64,000 nt of DNA from an uncultured delta proteobacterium (GTDB lineage: Bacteria > Desulfobacterota > Desulfobaccia > Desulfobaccales > 0-14-0-80-60-11). The notes beneath the pieces are model-generated. The model was not told the DNA's origin. It saw nothing but the letters and a program-made list of their open reading frames with translations, and did no database searches. The DNA lies in NCBI GenBank assembly GCA_963812015.1, contig CAWETI010000003.1:1024001-1088000 (forward strand), read 5' to 3'. The number at the start of each line of letters is the position of its first letter. Within the stretch, counting starts at the first letter, position 1. The translations under genes were made by a program, and so were the position numbers. Shown one piece after another: positions 59,279-64,000 of this stretch.

Positions 59279-61006
<1,728 letters not shown>

Positions 61007-61022
61007 CCATTCTCTCCTTTTG

Positions 61023-62777
61023 CTATACAGCCGATAGGTCTTTCAATTGCTGATCGATTGCCCGCCACTGAACCTGCAAGGCCACCAGGTCGTCATCCCC
61101 GAGCGCCTTTGCCATCATGGCTTTCAACCTGGTCTGGGCATTCTTGAGGTGCCTTAACTTAAGATTCCGACGCCATTTGTCGGCCAGAAAATCCCCCAAG
61201 GGACCGCGTGAGTCGTCCTCCTCTAAGGTCAGCGCACAGATGTGCTGCCGTTGGGTTTCTCCCGGCGCCTGCTGGACCAGGAGGCCATGATCCAATCTGC
61301 CGTGTTCCCGATAACTATTGATGATTAGTTCTAAAAGCCCTTTTAAATCAAGGTTCTTGAACTCCGCAACCCACTCTTCCAACTCCTCCGGGGTCACGGC
61401 TTCCGGGTGGCCCAGGACCCATCGCAGCAGCTTTCTCTCCTGGTCTACGAGAATGCCCCGGGTTGGGTCCAGCCGGGCGGCCGAGATGGGGGCCAGGGAG
61501 GTGAGGCTCCGGCGCAGGGCCGCCTGGTCCACCCCCAACCGCTCGCCGGCCTTCTTAAGCCACAGGTCCTGTTCCACCGGGTCCGTCAGGGCCTGGACGT
61601 AGGGGCGCAGTTCCTCCAAGACCCGCACCCGGCCTTCGATATCCAGGCCGTGGGTGGCGATGAGGTCTTCCAGGAGGTAGCTGAACCAGGGGTGGGCCGA
61701 CTCCCAGGCCGTGCGGAATAATTCCGCCCCGTGGGCCTGGGCGTAACTGTCCGGGTCCAGCCCGGCCGGCAGGGGCAGGGCCCGCACCGCCAGGTTCTCC
61801 TGGGCGAACAGGGGGAAGGCCCGCTTCATGGCCCGGGCTCCCGCCGCGTCGCCGTCATAGACCAGCACCACTCTTTCCGCCAGGGACTTCAGGAGCCGGG
61901 CCTGCTCCCGGGTCAGGGCCGTGCCCAGGGTGGCCAAAACATTGCCGATGCCGTGCACCTGGAGGGCGATGAGGTCGAGATACCCCTCCACCACCAGGGC
62001 CACCCCGGTGGCCCGCAGGGCCTCGGCCGCCTGGGGTAGCCCATAGAGGGTGCGCCCCTTGGAGTACAAAAAACTTTCCGGGGAGTTGAGGTACTTGGGC
62101 TCACCCTCGCCGATGATCCGGCCGCCGAAGGCGATGACCCGGCTCTGCCGGTCGAAGATGGGGAAGATGATGCGGTTCCGGAAGCGGTCATAAAAACCGC
62201 CATGGGTCCGGGGCGCCAAGAGCCCCACTTCCTGGGCCAGCTCCAGGGAGATGCCCCGGTTCTGGAAGTGGCGGCGCAAAGCGTCCCACTCATCCAGGGC
62301 ATAGCCCAATTGAAAGGCCCGGATGATCTCAGGGGTGAGGCCGCGTTTTTTGAGATAGGCCCGGCCCGGGATGCCCTGGGAACTCGCCAGGGTGGCGGCA
62401 TAGAAGGCCGCGGCCGCGGCGTTGGCCTCATACGCCTGGGTGCGTTTTTTGGCCTGCTGGGCCCCCTCCGGGCCCAATTCCTTTAAGGACAAAGGGATGC
62501 CGTAGCGCCGGGCCAGCTCCTGGACCGCCTCGGGGAAGCTCAGGCGGTGGTACTGCATGAGAAAGGAAAAGACGTTGCCGCCGGCGCCGCAGCCGAAACA
62601 GTGGAAGATGCCCTTCTCCGGCGCCACCGTGAAGGAGGGGGCGGTGTCGGCATGGAAGGGGCAGAGGCCCAGGAGATTTTTGCCCTTTTGGGTCAACTTG
62701 ACGTACTGGCCCACCACCTCCTCGATGGAGGCGGCGTCTTTGATCTCCAGGAGCTTGTCTTCCGGGATGAACGCCAT
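61023..62777 (-). CDS. dnaG: DNA primase
   Basis: CPFH...FHCFGC Zn finger, [20 protein letters not shown]. Confidence 0.96.
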   Translation of the reverse strand: MAFIPEDKLLEIKDAASIEEVVGQYVKLTQKGKNLLGLCPFHADTAPSFTVAPEKGIFHCFGCGAGGNVFSFLMQYHRLSFPEAVQELARRYGIPLSLKELGPEGAQQAKKRTQAYEANAAAAAFYAATLASSQGIPGRAYLKKRGLTPEIIRAFQLGYALDEWDALRRHFQNRGISLELAQEVGLLAPRTHGGFYDRFRNRIIFPIFDRQSRVIAFGGRIIGEGEPKYLNSPESFLYSKGRTLYGLPQAAEALRATGVALVVEGYLDLIALQVHGIGNVLATLGTALTREQARLLKSLAERVVLVYDGDAAGARAMKRAFPLFAQENLAVRALPLPAGLDPDSYAQAHGAELFRTAWESAHPWFSYLLEDLIATHGLDIEGRVRVLEELRPYVQALTDPVEQDLWLKKAGERLGVDQAALRRSLTSLAPISAARLDPTRGILVDQERKLLRWVLGHPEAVTPEELEEWVAEFKNLDLKGLLELIINSYREHGRLDHGLLVQQAPGETQRQHICALTLEEDDSRGPLGDFLADKWRRNLKLRHLKNAQTRLKAMMAKALGDDDLVALQVQWRAIDQQLKDLSAV

Positions 62778-62815
62778 GGTTAGTTGCCAGTATTCAGTGG
62801 CCAGTGGCCAGTTGA

Positions 62816-62915
62816 AGGGGCGGGGTAACCCCGCCCTTACGGGGTTCCTGTTTCTTCTTGGTGGGTCGGGCCTCCGTGCCCGCCTCATCAATGGTGGGCA
62901 GTGCCCACCCTACAT
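62816..62915. repeat. REP cluster upstream of dnaG
   Basis: GGGCGGGGTAACCCCGCCCTTAC and GGTGGGCAGTGCCCACCCTACAT (same family as 53671). Confidence 0.7.
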
Positions 62916-63286
62916 CTTAATATCCTCTTCATCTTTATTTTCGTTTCCAAGCACAGCTTGGGAACCAGGGGTGAAATTTCATTCTTTTCTGGTCATGATT
63001 GATCCGGGTTATCACCCGAGCACAATGACCGATCATGAAATAAACTAGTCTATCTCTGTTGGTCTTTCTGAACAAAATCCCTACTTGACAATTACATCGG
63101 ATGAATCGTGAGCTATCTTTAGTACTGAATATAACCTTATCAAAAATAACTTTGCTACTTTTTTCTGGTCTGATAATATCTCTTTCACCGCGCCATTAAG
63201 GAGCTCATCATTGCTTTGGTCTCTCAAACAGGAGCATGGAACACAGGGTTAAGCAGGTGGCGTTTGCTTCCTCTTCGCCTTTCCCC

Positions 63287-64000
63287 CTATTCTTTCAAAT
63301 CCACCACCGTCACTCCGGGGTTGGCGTCGGCGTGGAGTTCCTTCACCAGACCGTGGTTCTTCAGGTGGTCCCAGACGGCCCGTTTCAACCGGCCGGTGCC
63401 CACCCCGTGGATGATGTCCACCTTCTCCTGGCCGTGGAGCACCGCCTGGTCGATGAGCCGGTCCACCAGGGGCAGGGCCTCGTCCACCCGGAGGCCCGCC
63501 AGGTTGAGGCTGGGGAGCCAGGCCGGGGGCCGGTGGTAGCCCGAGGCGGTGCCGCCTCGGATGGCCTTGGCCGCGGCGCCCCCGACGGGACTGACCTCTT
63601 CCGGGCTGACCCGGAGTTTGACATTTCTTGCCTGGACCTCCAGGCGGCCGTCCCGGGGGTCAATGGCCAAAATATTGCCGGTCAGGCCCAGGGCCGGCAG
63701 GAACACCTGCTGGCCGGTCCGGAACCGGGGCATTGCGACCGGGGCCGGGGCGGGTCCGGGGGACAGGTCCGCCAGCAAGCGGGCTTGGTGTTGGGAAAAC
63801 TCCTGGCGCAGCTTACCCCAGGGCTCACTGCCGGCTTTGAGCCTCCGGACAATAGCTTTGAATTCGGCCTCGGCTTCCTTGATGCGCTCCAGGGCCGCCT
63901 GCCTGGCTTCGTTGACCAGCCGGGCGCGCTCCGCCTCTAACTCGCTTTGTCGCGCTTCCAGCTCATGCTGATGCTGCGCCAGTTCCGCCTCCCGCGCCTG
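63287..64000 (-). CDS. mutS2: MutS2 family protein, C-terminal part with Smr domain (continues beyond the window)
   Basis: Frame open to the window edge; coiled coil, LNLAGLRVDEA, IIHGVGTGRL. Confidence 0.85.
   Translation of the reverse strand, partial: QAREAELAQHQHELEARQSELEAERARLVNEARQAALERIKEAEAEFKAIVRRLKAGSEPWGKLRQEFSQHQARLLADLSPGPAPAPVAMPRFRTGQQVFLPALGLTGNILAIDPRDGRLEVQARNVKLRVSPEEVSPVGGAAAKAIRGGTASGYHRPPAWLPSLNLAGLRVDEALPLVDRLIDQAVLHGQEKVDIIHGVGTGRLKRAVWDHLKNHGLVKELHADANPGVTVVDLKE

Overview
GC-rich chromosomal core-genome region, most consistent with a Desulfobacterota (former deltaproteobacterial) anaerobe; this is inferred from gene content and order, not proven. It holds envelope genes (PBP1A, DacA-like, lysS-lolCE-lolD-bamA-skp-lpxD-fabZ-lpxA-lpxI, mpl, ddl, and arnC/split arnA/arnD running into ispD-ispF) and a two-subunit fumarase. 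Also present are cstA, budA, larB/larE, hpnI, phoH-7TM-HD-ybeY-pdxJ, a Ni/Co ECF transporter, and the mutS2-dnaG-rpoD-tRNA-nif3-Zn ribbon-rnhA-rnpB cluster. No CRISPR array, integrase or transposase is visible. Four things stand out. (1) A 53-aa His/Cys-rich micro-ORF directly after the Ni/Co transporter, missed by the ORF track, with its own promoter and RBS. (2) A terminator-like RNA motif conserved in sequence and structure, found both in the cbiM leader and after that micro-ORF, suggesting an undescribed metal attenuation/storage module. (3) An AT-rich foreign gene broken by one in-frame TGA, whose hidden C-terminus has tandem Cys/His motifs and prohead-protease-like motifs. (4) Nested MITE/REP elements with interchangeable cores and envelopes. 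There are also two pseudogenes (a cupin and a MarC). All calls come from reading the sequence by eye; no database search was run.
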